Part shown: positions 32,726-41,381 of the stretch, in pieces
Numbering within the stretch: position 1 is the first letter of the stretch
How the letters are laid out: every line of letters begins with the position of its first letter
From: Armatimonadota bacterium
Lineage (GTDB): Bacteria; Vulcanimicrobiota; JACPDS01; JBDRKI01
DNA length: 64,000 nt
Assembly (NCBI GenBank): GCA_043814095.1
Contig: JBDRKI010000036.1
Span: forward strand, 1-64,000
Reading direction: 5' to 3'
Translations under genes and position numbers: made by a program
Notes under the pieces: generated by a model
Seen by the model: only the letters and a program-made list of their open reading frames with translations
Told to the model about the DNA's origin: nothing
Databases searched by the model: none

Positions 32726-33026
32726 TATATCCGCGTCTCATCTGGAAATAGTGAAAAAAATATTGCAAAAACATGTTCCGGAATGTGAGGTTAGGGTATT
32801 CGGCTCGCGTCTTAACGAGAATATAAAAAGCTATGCTGATCTTGATTTGGCAATAGTCGGTAAAGAAAAGCTTCCCATTGATAAAATCTACTCGCTGAAA
32901 GAGGACTTTCAGGAGTCCGATCTTCCTTTCCGCGTGGATGTTTTGGATTGGAACGCCATTTCTCTCGAATTTAAATCAGTAATTGAAAAAGGATATGAAA
33001 TTTTACAAAAAAGAGAAAACAGGTAG
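32718..33026 (+). CDS. minimal nucleotidyltransferase (HI0073-like)
   Basis: VFGSR...ADLDLAI, SDLPFRVDVLDW. Confidence 0.9.
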   Translation: MINISASHLEIVKKILQKHVPECEVRVFGSRLNENIKSYADLDLAIVGKEKLPIDKIYSLKEDFQESDLPFRVDVLDWNAISLEFKSVIEKGYEILQKRENR

Positions 33027-33111
33027 GGCGCAATATGGAAGAAAATCAAGTTGAGGTTAAACAAGAAAATAAGCAGGAGGAAGAGCCGAAGCGGTTCGCG
33101 ACCTTATCCCC

Positions 33112-33145
33112 AAACACTGGACTTAAGTCTGGTGAATATTATACC
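33112..33145. repeat. 34-bp palindromic intergenic repeat, copy 2
   Basis: AAACACTGGACTTAAGTCTGGTGAATATTATACC. Confidence 0.8.
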
Positions 33146-33198
33146 AAAAGAGTTACCTAATTACTGAGCATCTACAGCTGTCCCTATTTTCTCCTGTA

Positions 33199-34728
33199 TT
33201 AATAAAAATTGTCTAAGCTCCAGTTTATCTGATTTTGCGTGTCTGTTGTTACATTTATTGTATTCGGATCCCATGCCCAGGTGCTGTTCCGGGTGATTAT
33301 ATTTTTCATAGGATCCGTAAAAGTAATTTCAGTGCTTTTATTCATCATGGCGACAACTACGGAATTGATGCTTTTAAATGTATCTTCGGAATTAAATGCT
33401 TCTCCCCAGACTAAAGTATCGTCGTTATTAACCTTGTCTATGCCGGCCTGAACGGCAGGGTCGTTAATTTTTTCTCCGTTATAAAAGCCTTTAAGCGAAT
33501 TAAGCACTTCTAATACATCGGCTTGCTCGATTCTTTCGTTATAAATTGATGTGCCGTTATTTAGCAAAGTAAAAAGCCAGGGAATCTGCCATATGTATCT
33601 TTTGCCGTATACAACGGCGTCATCCGCATAATCGGGATAATTATTGAAAACATTTTCAATAGGGGTGTTTGTCTGTATTGCGGATTGTAAAAGCAAGCAT
33701 TGAGCAGCCGATGAAGCAAATTGATTCTGCCCTCTGTTGTAAAAATAACTTAAAATTATTCCCATTGCCGAGTAGCTTTGTATATATATACCGTCTGCCG
33801 GAGCGGTATAAGTTCTTGTTGTACCGTTATATTCTTTTGCCGTAAAATCGCCGTTTTGATAAGGTGTTCTTGTGCCATCTTGATTTAAGTATTGAAAAGC
33901 CCAGCCGCTCAGGGTGTAACCCGGATAAGGAACGGTAGGATTTGTATTCGGATAGGGGACCTTGTTCATGTTATAAGATAGGGCGTCATAATATCCTTTT
34001 TCAACAGCAGCCCAGATAAAGCCCTGCCGGTTGACATCGCAAAGCACTGCATCTCTTCCCTGATCAGAGCCGAAAGTCGCTCCTCCGTTAAGGTAATATA
34101 AAAATTTGTAGAATTCCCATTCTTTATCCTCTGCTGTTCCTCCATAGCCGGGGTTTAATGCATTAAACAAAAGCACCCACGGCTGATTATCAATCTGGAA
34201 GTAACCCGAATGTGTCGCTACTAAAGGATTAAATGTTGTCTCCTGAAAACCTACTGCAAGAGAATAATTCAGTCCCATTGATGCCATTATCTGATCTATT
34301 TGATTAATATCCGCTCCTGATTCATATAAGTCGTCGACAACATTTGTTAAATTCAGAAATACACAATATCCTATAGCCATCGCTATGGCTTCTTTTTTAA
34401 TATCAGCATCACCATCAATTTTAAGTGCTGTTCCGGCGGCAAGAACTGCATCCCACTGGGCGATTGAAACATGCACCGAATCCGTATTGAGAATAAATTT
34501 ATTATACTGGGATGTGCTTTCTGAAGCCCGTTCTATTCTCGGACCCGTTTCGCCTTCTAAAAAATTGCCGTCATTATCTGTTAATAAATAAGGATCAGAT
34601 GTTTCCGCGTTGCTGCTACTGGAGGGCGGGGTTTTGGAACAATTGAAAATTGCAAGTGATATTAATAAAAGAAATATTATAATACAAGCATTTTTAATAA
34701 TTATTGAATTATAATTTTTGTTATTCAA
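33199..34728 (-). CDS. lipoprotein, possibly lysozyme-like fold
   Basis: TTG start, lipobox IFNC, Ser-rich linker; helix-QET...GYFQI pattern; aromatic-rich. Confidence 0.7.
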   Translation of the reverse strand: MNNKNYNSIIIKNACIIIFLLLISLAIFNCSKTPPSSSSNAETSDPYLLTDNDGNFLEGETGPRIERASESTSQYNKFILNTDSVHVSIAQWDAVLAAGTALKIDGDADIKKEAIAMAIGYCVFLNLTNVVDDLYESGADINQIDQIMASMGLNYSLAVGFQETTFNPLVATHSGYFQIDNQPWVLLFNALNPGYGGTAEDKEWEFYKFLYYLNGGATFGSDQGRDAVLCDVNRQGFIWAAVEKGYYDALSYNMNKVPYPNTNPTVPYPGYTLSGWAFQYLNQDGTRTPYQNGDFTAKEYNGTTRTYTAPADGIYIQSYSAMGIILSYFYNRGQNQFASSAAQCLLLQSAIQTNTPIENVFNNYPDYADDAVVYGKRYIWQIPWLFTLLNNGTSIYNERIEQADVLEVLNSLKGFYNGEKINDPAVQAGIDKVNNDDTLVWGEAFNSEDTFKSINSVVVAMMNKSTEITFTDPMKNIITRNSTWAWDPNTINVTTDTQNQINWSLDNFY

Positions 34729-35100
34729 TTAAATACCCCAACAACGCATTGTTTAGGACAGCGATTTGTTTCTCTTCTACTTATATTATATCCTCTCTGT
34801 GCTTATAAGGATATAAGCCGAAAGGAGTATTTTTTGCCGAAAAATGCTACAAAAAGACGGATTTTTTGTTGTTTAAGAGCTGATTAAATCAATAAATTCA
34901 TCAATTCTTCAAATAATCTTCATAATTTCTTTATTATATTATTTTATAATAAATATGCCGGAAGAGAAGGCATCCGGCTAACAGCAGTTTCATAAGGCGT
35001 CCTCTTTTTAGATACCCAAAGGGAGTTTTAAATATCCGTAGAATAGTGCTGTTAGATAATACAGTAATGATTTATTATAAAATCTAAAGGAGATTTTAAT

Positions 35101-36204
35101 ATGAAAAAAAGAATATTTTTATGGCTGGTTCTTTCGGTTATTATATCCGGCATTATTTTTTGGAGTTTAGGGTGTACGGGGGGGAGTGTAGTTGGTGAAA
35201 GCAGTGATGATAATAATGATGCTCCCGCCACTACATCGGTTAATCTTTTGCAATCCGCATACATCCAGCTTGGCGCAACAGATTCATTGAGTACTATTAC
35301 CAGGGGAGGGGTTAATTCTTTAGATGTAATTATTTTCGCGTTTGGAAATATAGCATCATCCAGCATAGATAATTCTTATCTTACCTGGATGCAGACTTTT
35401 ATAAATCACAGGAATCCTAATTCAGTAATTTTTTTAAGCATAGGAGGAGAGACTGTAAGGCCCGAGCATATTACAGCAGCCGGAGGATCAAGCGCCATTG
35501 TTACGAATATAGTTGCTCAGATTCACTCATACAACAACAGCCTGGCAGGCGGCTCTATAACCGGTGTGGATCTTGATCTTGAGAATGCGATAGATGCGGC
35601 TACTATTAATAGTCTGGCTAAAGGGTTTAAGGATGCGGGATTAATAGTATGTACAGCACCCCAGGTATATTTAAGTTCGGGTGCATCTGTTGATCCTTCA
35701 AATCCTACAAACATGGTTTTAACCTCAGGGGGAGCTCTGGCAACTACAAATACTTACGGAACGGCTATCTCAAACGGATATGTTGATTATATAATGGTCC
35801 AGACATATAATTCCGGAGGTATTACCATAAACGGGTATGCTGAAAACAATGTGCAGTTTTTTAAAGCTGTTTCAAACGCTTTAAACAGCTCAAGAGGAAT
35901 ATTATCCATACCCGATCATACGAAAATATTTGTAGGCCAGGTGGCGAATCAATGCGCGGGCGGGCAGTATAATATATTCAATCCCAACCTTGGCTGGCCT
36001 TTCCCGGTGGTATATGATCAGCAGGCCATATTGAATCAGCTGAAAACAGATATACTCTCAATGGAGTCAGATAGTACGAATTACGGGAATATATCAGGTG
36101 TAATGGTATGGTCGCTGAATAATGATTATATGCCTACAGGTTGGAGTGATACATATGCGACTTCAGGCGCGTTCACCCGGACCATATTCGGCGCATCAGA
36201 TTAA
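35101..36204 (+). CDS. glycoside hydrolase family 18 lipoprotein (chitinase/ENGase-like)
   Basis: Lipobox SLGC; SIGGE, GVDLDLE (DxDxE), YIMVQTYN, GVMVWS. Confidence 0.88.
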   Translation: MKKRIFLWLVLSVIISGIIFWSLGCTGGSVVGESSDDNNDAPATTSVNLLQSAYIQLGATDSLSTITRGGVNSLDVIIFAFGNIASSSIDNSYLTWMQTFINHRNPNSVIFLSIGGETVRPEHITAAGGSSAIVTNIVAQIHSYNNSLAGGSITGVDLDLENAIDAATINSLAKGFKDAGLIVCTAPQVYLSSGASVDPSNPTNMVLTSGGALATTNTYGTAISNGYVDYIMVQTYNSGGITINGYAENNVQFFKAVSNALNSSRGILSIPDHTKIFVGQVANQCAGGQYNIFNPNLGWPFPVVYDQQAILNQLKTDILSMESDSTNYGNISGVMVWSLNNDYMPTGWSDTYATSGAFTRTIFGASD

Positions 36205-36244
36205 TAATATTAAGTACAGTGTAAGATGTGAAGTGTAAAATGAT

Positions 36245-36272
36245 AAAAAATCCACCTTTTAGGTGGATTTTT
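36245..36272. terminator. bidirectional terminator (CCACC/GGTGG family)
   Basis: AAAAAATCCACC-TTTTA-GGTGGATTTTT between convergent genes. Confidence 0.8.
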
Positions 36273-36326
36273 GGTAGTGTCAGATTTTTTGTTTTATGTA
36301 ACAATTACTATTCCGGGCAATATAAC

Positions 36327-37358
36327 CTACATCTGTATCCTGTCTTCCGGTTTCAATATTACGGGTTGTTTTGGCAAAAGCTTAAAGAAATTATCATGCG
36401 CTACTTTTCTTGCTGTCTCTGGTGTAAGATCGTTTAAAAGCACATCATATTTTCTTATCTCGCTTTTGTATTTTTCTAAAGGCATGAAGCGTCCCACTAT
36501 ATCGGTTCCCAGCGTGAACCTGTCCGGATATTTTTCTATAACGGGGAGCCACTTTTTATCAAGTATCATACTTGGATCAAGTTCGTAATCCCATACAAGC
36601 CAGGATAGATCTACATTAAGGTTCGGGTATTTTCCAAGCTGTTCGGATATAATATCCTGGAGGTTCGGTATATATATATCATTGGATATCCCTATATGGG
36701 CCCATACAAATTTTGTTTTAGGGTTATTTCTTACCGCATTCATCATCTGTTCAAGATATATAGGTTTCGGGTTTGACCCGCTTGTTATATTATTATGGAT
36801 AACAACAGGCATATCATATTTTGCCGCAAATTTGTATATCATATCATATGCGTCACTGTCAGGCCGGGGTATTTCCCCTGAAGTCATATAACTTATATAA
36901 TCATGGTGGGCAAAAATCTCGCCTATTCCCTGCCATAGTCCGGGATAGGTCTGTATAAGCCTTTTTACCTGGTCAAGGGAATTTTTATCGTTCCCGTTAA
37001 AACCGCACATGAAGGGGTGAAGTCTTTTTTTCTGCTCATCGGTAGCATTCAGGTAAGCCGCGGCTATCAGATAGTCTGTTTTAGTATCCCAGTACATTCT
37101 TGTCTCGGAATCAAGTGAATGAACCGGCTGCTTTTTCTCACAACCCCATATTTTTATTACCGGCAGCCCCCATAGCACGGCATCCGTTACTTTGGCATGG
37201 TCCATGCATTTTAACAGTACATCAACACCGTCCGTATTCTGGGCAAAATCAACATAATGGACGTGGGCATCAACTATTTCATACTTCATCGGTTCTTCCG
37301 CAAAAGCAAAAGTTGCAATACCTATAAACAGCAAACAGATAATCAGAATTTTTTTCAT
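36327..37358 (-). CDS. secreted amidohydrolase-family metallohydrolase
   Basis: Signal peptide; DAHVH, GIGE, VIH, WAHIG, LGTD. Confidence 0.85.
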   Translation of the reverse strand: MKKILIICLLFIGIATFAFAEEPMKYEIVDAHVHYVDFAQNTDGVDVLLKCMDHAKVTDAVLWGLPVIKIWGCEKKQPVHSLDSETRMYWDTKTDYLIAAAYLNATDEQKKRLHPFMCGFNGNDKNSLDQVKRLIQTYPGLWQGIGEIFAHHDYISYMTSGEIPRPDSDAYDMIYKFAAKYDMPVVIHNNITSGSNPKPIYLEQMMNAVRNNPKTKFVWAHIGISNDIYIPNLQDIISEQLGKYPNLNVDLSWLVWDYELDPSMILDKKWLPVIEKYPDRFTLGTDIVGRFMPLEKYKSEIRKYDVLLNDLTPETARKVAHDNFFKLLPKQPVILKPEDRIQM

Positions 37359-38953
37359 ATTCTCTCCTCTATGCTATTTTTATTATCCGAATCTTTCACT
37401 AATTTATATTCAATACTGTCAGTTATTGCCTGCAATCCTGCCTCTATTAAATTCTCAGATACGCCTACTGTGGACCAGGTGTCTTTATCATCTTTTGACT
37501 GTAGAAGCACCCGCACCTTTGACGCTGTGCCTTTTTTTTCGTCCAGGACCCTTATCTTAAAATCGGAAAGGTGTATTTTTTTAACTGCGGGATAAAACTT
37601 GCATAAAATTTTCTTAAGAGCGCTATCAAGAGCCGTGACAATTCCTTTGCTCTTTATGGATATCTTTTTCTTTGTGCCTTTTACTTCGATATTGAGAACT
37701 ACCCCGGTGATTGTTTTTTTACCGGCTTTCTTTTCGACTATTATACGGAAACTTTCCAGTTCAAGGAATTTATTGTATTTTTTAATCGTTTTTTTGAGCA
37801 GGAGGTCAAAAGATGCTTCCGCCGCTTCAAAATAGTAACCTTTATGTTCAAGTTCCTGGACGGTTTTTAATAGTTTTTTAGTCTTTTTATCTTCTTTATC
37901 TATCTCAAAGCCCATTGCTTTTGCGTGGAACAATATCTCGGTTTTACCTCCGAGCTCGGAAACTAAGATCCTGCGGCTGTTTCCTACTAAAGACGGTTCA
38001 ACATGTTCATAAGCATGGGAGTTTTTTAAAACCGCATTAATATGAACGCCGGCTTTATGAGCGAAAGCGGATTGCCCCGTATAGGGTTGTTCGTGCCTGG
38101 GACTTATATTGCTTATCTCGCTTACAAAACGGGAGACCCGTGTCAGCTGTTTCAGGTTCTCATCCGGGATGCAGTCAATTCCGAGTTTTAATTTAAGACT
38201 TGCGATTATAGGGATAAGGTCGGCATTGCCGCACCTTTCCCCGTATCCGTTAATGGTGCCCTGCACCATACTGCACCCTGCTTCAATCCCCGCAATGCTG
38301 TTGGCTATACCCAGCCCTATGTCATTATGGCAGTGTATCCCAAGGCGCGCTTTTATATGGGGCTTAACCTCGGATATTATTTTTGTTAACTTGCTGGTTA
38401 AGACGCCGCCGTTGGTCTCACAGAGTACCAGATATTCCGCTCCTGCTTTCTGCGCGGTTTTTAAACAGTCGATACTGTATTTTTTATTTGCTATGTATCC
38501 GTCAAAAAAATGTTCAGCATCATAAAATACAGTAAGCCCGTTTGAAGTAAGAAACCTTACGCTGTCTTCTATCATGCGTAAGTTTTCTTCAAGGGTTGTT
38601 CTTAGGACATCTTTTACGTGCAGGTCCCATGTCTTGCCGAAGATGGTTGCGTATTTTACTTTAGCCTTTAAAAGATCATTAAGATTCTTGTCTTCGCAAG
38701 CCTTTATACCAGCGCGTCTTGTAGAGCCGAAAGCAACAGGCTTGCTGTATTTAAGGCCCATTTTTGATATTTTAAGAAAAAATTCCATATCCTTGGGGTT
38801 TGAACCCGGCCATCCGCCTTCTATAAAATGGATGCCCAGCTTATCCAGCTCATTTGCTATGCGCAGTTTATCTGCTACTGTATAGGAGATGCCTTCACCC
38901 TGAGAGCCATCCCTTAAAGTTGTGTCATATAATTTTATATCCGAAGATCCCAT
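37355..38953 (-). CDS. cimA: citramalate synthase
   Basis: YDTTLRDGSQ, IEGGWPGSNPKD, YDAEHFFDGY, HCHND, GERCGNA, SAFAHKAG, WSTVGVS. Confidence 0.92.
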   Translation of the reverse strand: MGSSDIKLYDTTLRDGSQGEGISYTVADKLRIANELDKLGIHFIEGGWPGSNPKDMEFFLKISKMGLKYSKPVAFGSTRRAGIKACEDKNLNDLLKAKVKYATIFGKTWDLHVKDVLRTTLEENLRMIEDSVRFLTSNGLTVFYDAEHFFDGYIANKKYSIDCLKTAQKAGAEYLVLCETNGGVLTSKLTKIISEVKPHIKARLGIHCHNDIGLGIANSIAGIEAGCSMVQGTINGYGERCGNADLIPIIASLKLKLGIDCIPDENLKQLTRVSRFVSEISNISPRHEQPYTGQSAFAHKAGVHINAVLKNSHAYEHVEPSLVGNSRRILVSELGGKTEILFHAKAMGFEIDKEDKKTKKLLKTVQELEHKGYYFEAAEASFDLLLKKTIKKYNKFLELESFRIIVEKKAGKKTITGVVLNIEVKGTKKKISIKSKGIVTALDSALKKILCKFYPAVKKIHLSDFKIRVLDEKKGTASKVRVLLQSKDDKDTWSTVGVSENLIEAGLQAITDSIEYKLVKDSDNKNSIEERI

Positions 38954-39154
38954 GTTTTACGGAGCCTCCTTTTACTTATGTCTCTGTATTTTATAATTAT
39001 ACAATTTATTGAATTCTATATTTTTATATTTTTTCCTTGATAAAAGCAGAAAAAATATAGTTGATTTGAGAATAATTATACAAGGAAATAGAATAAAATT
39101 GGTGAAATTATAGTTAAATAGTAAAGAATTATAAATAACTTTATGGGGTGTTAA

Positions 39155-40699
39155 ATGAGAAAAATACCGGTATTTACTTTAATCATTATTATGCTGCTTT
39201 TAACCGGGTGTTTTGCGACTCCTGCGGCAGTTAAATATAAAATACCTCCTCCTGTTCTTGATAATAATCCCCAGTTTGATATGGTCCTGACAAACGAGAG
39301 GCCCATTCTGTCTGTCAGCAATCCTTCGGGCTGTTGCGATTTTACTCTTGATTATGAAATATCAAAGAGTGCGTTTTTTCTTCCGGGAGATACAATAAAG
39401 TATTCAGGGATTAAACCTCATAATGATATGGTAAGCGCTTTTCAGATAAAAGAAGGTGATGAGCTGTCTGACGGTACATATTACTGGCGCGCAAGGACTG
39501 TTGATAAAGTCGGCAATAAGAGTAAGTGGGTTTTTACAAGATTTCATGTTGATGTTAAAAATTCCAGGACATTTTCCGGTTTTTTAAGGGCAGAGGTAAA
39601 GGATATTGAAGTATCAAGCGGGCAGGATAAGAAAAATATAATTGACTGGAATGACCAGGGTCAGATCACATTTTGGAATAATACTCCGTCAGCAGGAGAG
39701 CCCTTCCAGTGGGTTATGCTTGATATGGGAAAACCAGCTCCTGTTTCGCGTTTTTGGATTCTTTCAACAAGGAAAGTAACCATGGCGGCAGGCTGGCTTA
39801 CGCATTTCCTCTGGCAGTACAGCAATGACAAAGAAAAATGGGTAGATATCCCGGGTACGGAAGTTAAAAACAATGATACCTATAAAAATATTATTGATTT
39901 TAAACCTGTAAATGCCAGGTATTATCGCCTTGTTATTTATTCTCAGAACGCATTACAGGCCCAGATTAATGTAATAATACCCTATGTGAAAGGTCAGTCT
40001 CAGGTTCCTGAAGTTCCCGACGGGAAATACGTATTGATAATAGGGAACCAGATGAACGGGTACACCTACACAAATCTTGCTGAGTTTGTGGAAAAGCAAG
40101 GGCTTAAAGCGGTTGTGGTGCCGCATTATGAGATCTCGTATGATGTTTTAAGAAAGTTAAAGAATAAACCCATGGCTATAATTTTTAGCGGGAATAATGC
40201 CGACTGGCAGTATCTTCCGCTCTTTGAATATTACGGGGAGTATGAGATTATAAGAAAAGTCTATGATATCCCTATGATGGGTATCTGCGCGGGTAATGAG
40301 TTCATGGCTATGGCATACGGGGTCAGTTTCGCTCACTGGATGGGCTGGTTTGATGATACAATGTTCAGGCTTTCCAAAGGAGAAAATCCCGATAAAGTAA
40401 AGATTAAAAAAGAATTTAAAGATGACCCTATTTTTGAAGGACTGCCGAATCCTTTCAGAGCGGTTGAGATTCACAGCTGGGCTATAAGCCCGCTCTTTCT
40501 TAAAGATAAGCGGTACAGTGAATTCAGGGAAACAGCCTCAAGCTCTTATATTCAAGCATTAAAAAGCATAAAAAGACCCCTTTATTCCGAGCAGTTTCAC
40601 GGAGCCGTGGTTAATAAATATAATCAAAGCGGCGGCTATCTTTCCAATTTTCTGAAAATTGCCGAAAAAAAATATATGTTGAGAGATTCCTCTAATTGA
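39155..40699 (+). CDS. lipoprotein with Fn3-like, F5/8 (discoidin) and class I glutamine amidotransferase-like domains
   Basis: Lipobox LTGC; YYWRARTVD; WVMLDMG...FKPVNARYYRL; IFSG, GICAG, QFH. Confidence 0.8.
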   Translation: MRKIPVFTLIIIMLLLTGCFATPAAVKYKIPPPVLDNNPQFDMVLTNERPILSVSNPSGCCDFTLDYEISKSAFFLPGDTIKYSGIKPHNDMVSAFQIKEGDELSDGTYYWRARTVDKVGNKSKWVFTRFHVDVKNSRTFSGFLRAEVKDIEVSSGQDKKNIIDWNDQGQITFWNNTPSAGEPFQWVMLDMGKPAPVSRFWILSTRKVTMAAGWLTHFLWQYSNDKEKWVDIPGTEVKNNDTYKNIIDFKPVNARYYRLVIYSQNALQAQINVIIPYVKGQSQVPEVPDGKYVLIIGNQMNGYTYTNLAEFVEKQGLKAVVVPHYEISYDVLRKLKNKPMAIIFSGNNADWQYLPLFEYYGEYEIIRKVYDIPMMGICAGNEFMAMAYGVSFAHWMGWFDDTMFRLSKGENPDKVKIKKEFKDDPIFEGLPNPFRAVEIHSWAISPLFLKDKRYSEFRETASSSYIQALKSIKRPLYSEQFHGAVVNKYNQSGGYLSNFLKIAEKKYMLRDSSN

Positions 40700-40725
40700 C
40701 TTATGATATCATATATGATATCATA
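40696..40725 (+). promoter_or_regulatory. hicAB promoter with tandem palindromic operator
   Basis: TTGACT-17 bp-TATCAT, overlapped by two adjacent perfect palindromes TATGATATCATA (40702-40713, 40714-40725). Confidence 0.75.
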
Positions 40726-40747
40726 TATATGGGGATAGGAGAGAGCT

Positions 40748-40984
40748 TTGAAGGAAGAAAAGCTACTTAATAAAATTAAAAATAATCCTAAAAGTGTTAA
40801 ATTTAATGAAATTGAACTTTTATTGAAGTGCTACGGCTTTGCTTTACAAAGGCAGAAAGGAAGCCATAGAATTTATAAAAAAGGCAATATTCTGGTTAAC
40901 ATTCAAAGAATAAAAGGAGAAGTTAAGCCGTATCAGGTAAAACAGGTCATTCTGGCTATAGAAGAGATTTTGAGAGGTGATTAG
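40748..40984 (+). CDS. hicA: HicA-family toxin
   Basis: GFALQRQKGSHRIY, VKPYQVKQV. Confidence 0.9.
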   Translation: MKEEKLLNKIKNNPKSVKFNEIELLLKCYGFALQRQKGSHRIYKKGNILVNIQRIKGEVKPYQVKQVILAIEEILRGD

Positions 40985-40986
40985 TT

Positions 40987-41304
40987 ATGTTTCCGTATAA
41001 AATAAATATATTTTACAGCGATGAAGATGAAGGATACATTGCCAACATAGCTGAATTAAAGGGATGTTCTGCTTTCGGATTAAGTCCGGAAGAATCCCTT
41101 AAAGAGATAAAAATTGCGGCTAAGCTTTGGCTAGATACGGCTAAAAAAAATAAGATACCCATTCCTAAACCCAAACAGCATAAATACAGCGGCAGGATAC
41201 TTATAAGGACCACACCCGCTATTCATCAAAAAATTGTAGAAAAAGCAGAAGAGGAACACCTAAGTTTGAATCAGTATATTAATTATTTGTTAGCCACAAC
41301 TTAA
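40987..41304 (+). CDS. hicB: HicB-family antitoxin with C-terminal RHH
   Basis: YIANIAELKGCSAFG, IPIPKP, YSGRILIR...SLNQYI. Confidence 0.9.
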   Translation: MFPYKINIFYSDEDEGYIANIAELKGCSAFGLSPEESLKEIKIAAKLWLDTAKKNKIPIPKPKQHKYSGRILIRTTPAIHQKIVEKAEEEHLSLNQYINYLLATT

Positions 41305-41328
41305 AAATTTGAAAATTTTATTATAATA

Positions 41329-41359
41329 TAAAAAATCCACCTTTTGAGTGGATTTTTTA
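41329..41359. terminator. bidirectional terminator (CCACC/GTGG family)
   Basis: AAAAAATCCAC-CTTTTGA-GTGGATTTTTT. Confidence 0.75.
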
Positions 41360-41381
41360 TATTATCTAGGTTGCTTTATTT

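Noticed and set aside
32183-36272. tRNA-integrated genomic island or prophage
   Set aside because: No integrase and no duplicated tRNA 3' end (att site) found in the window
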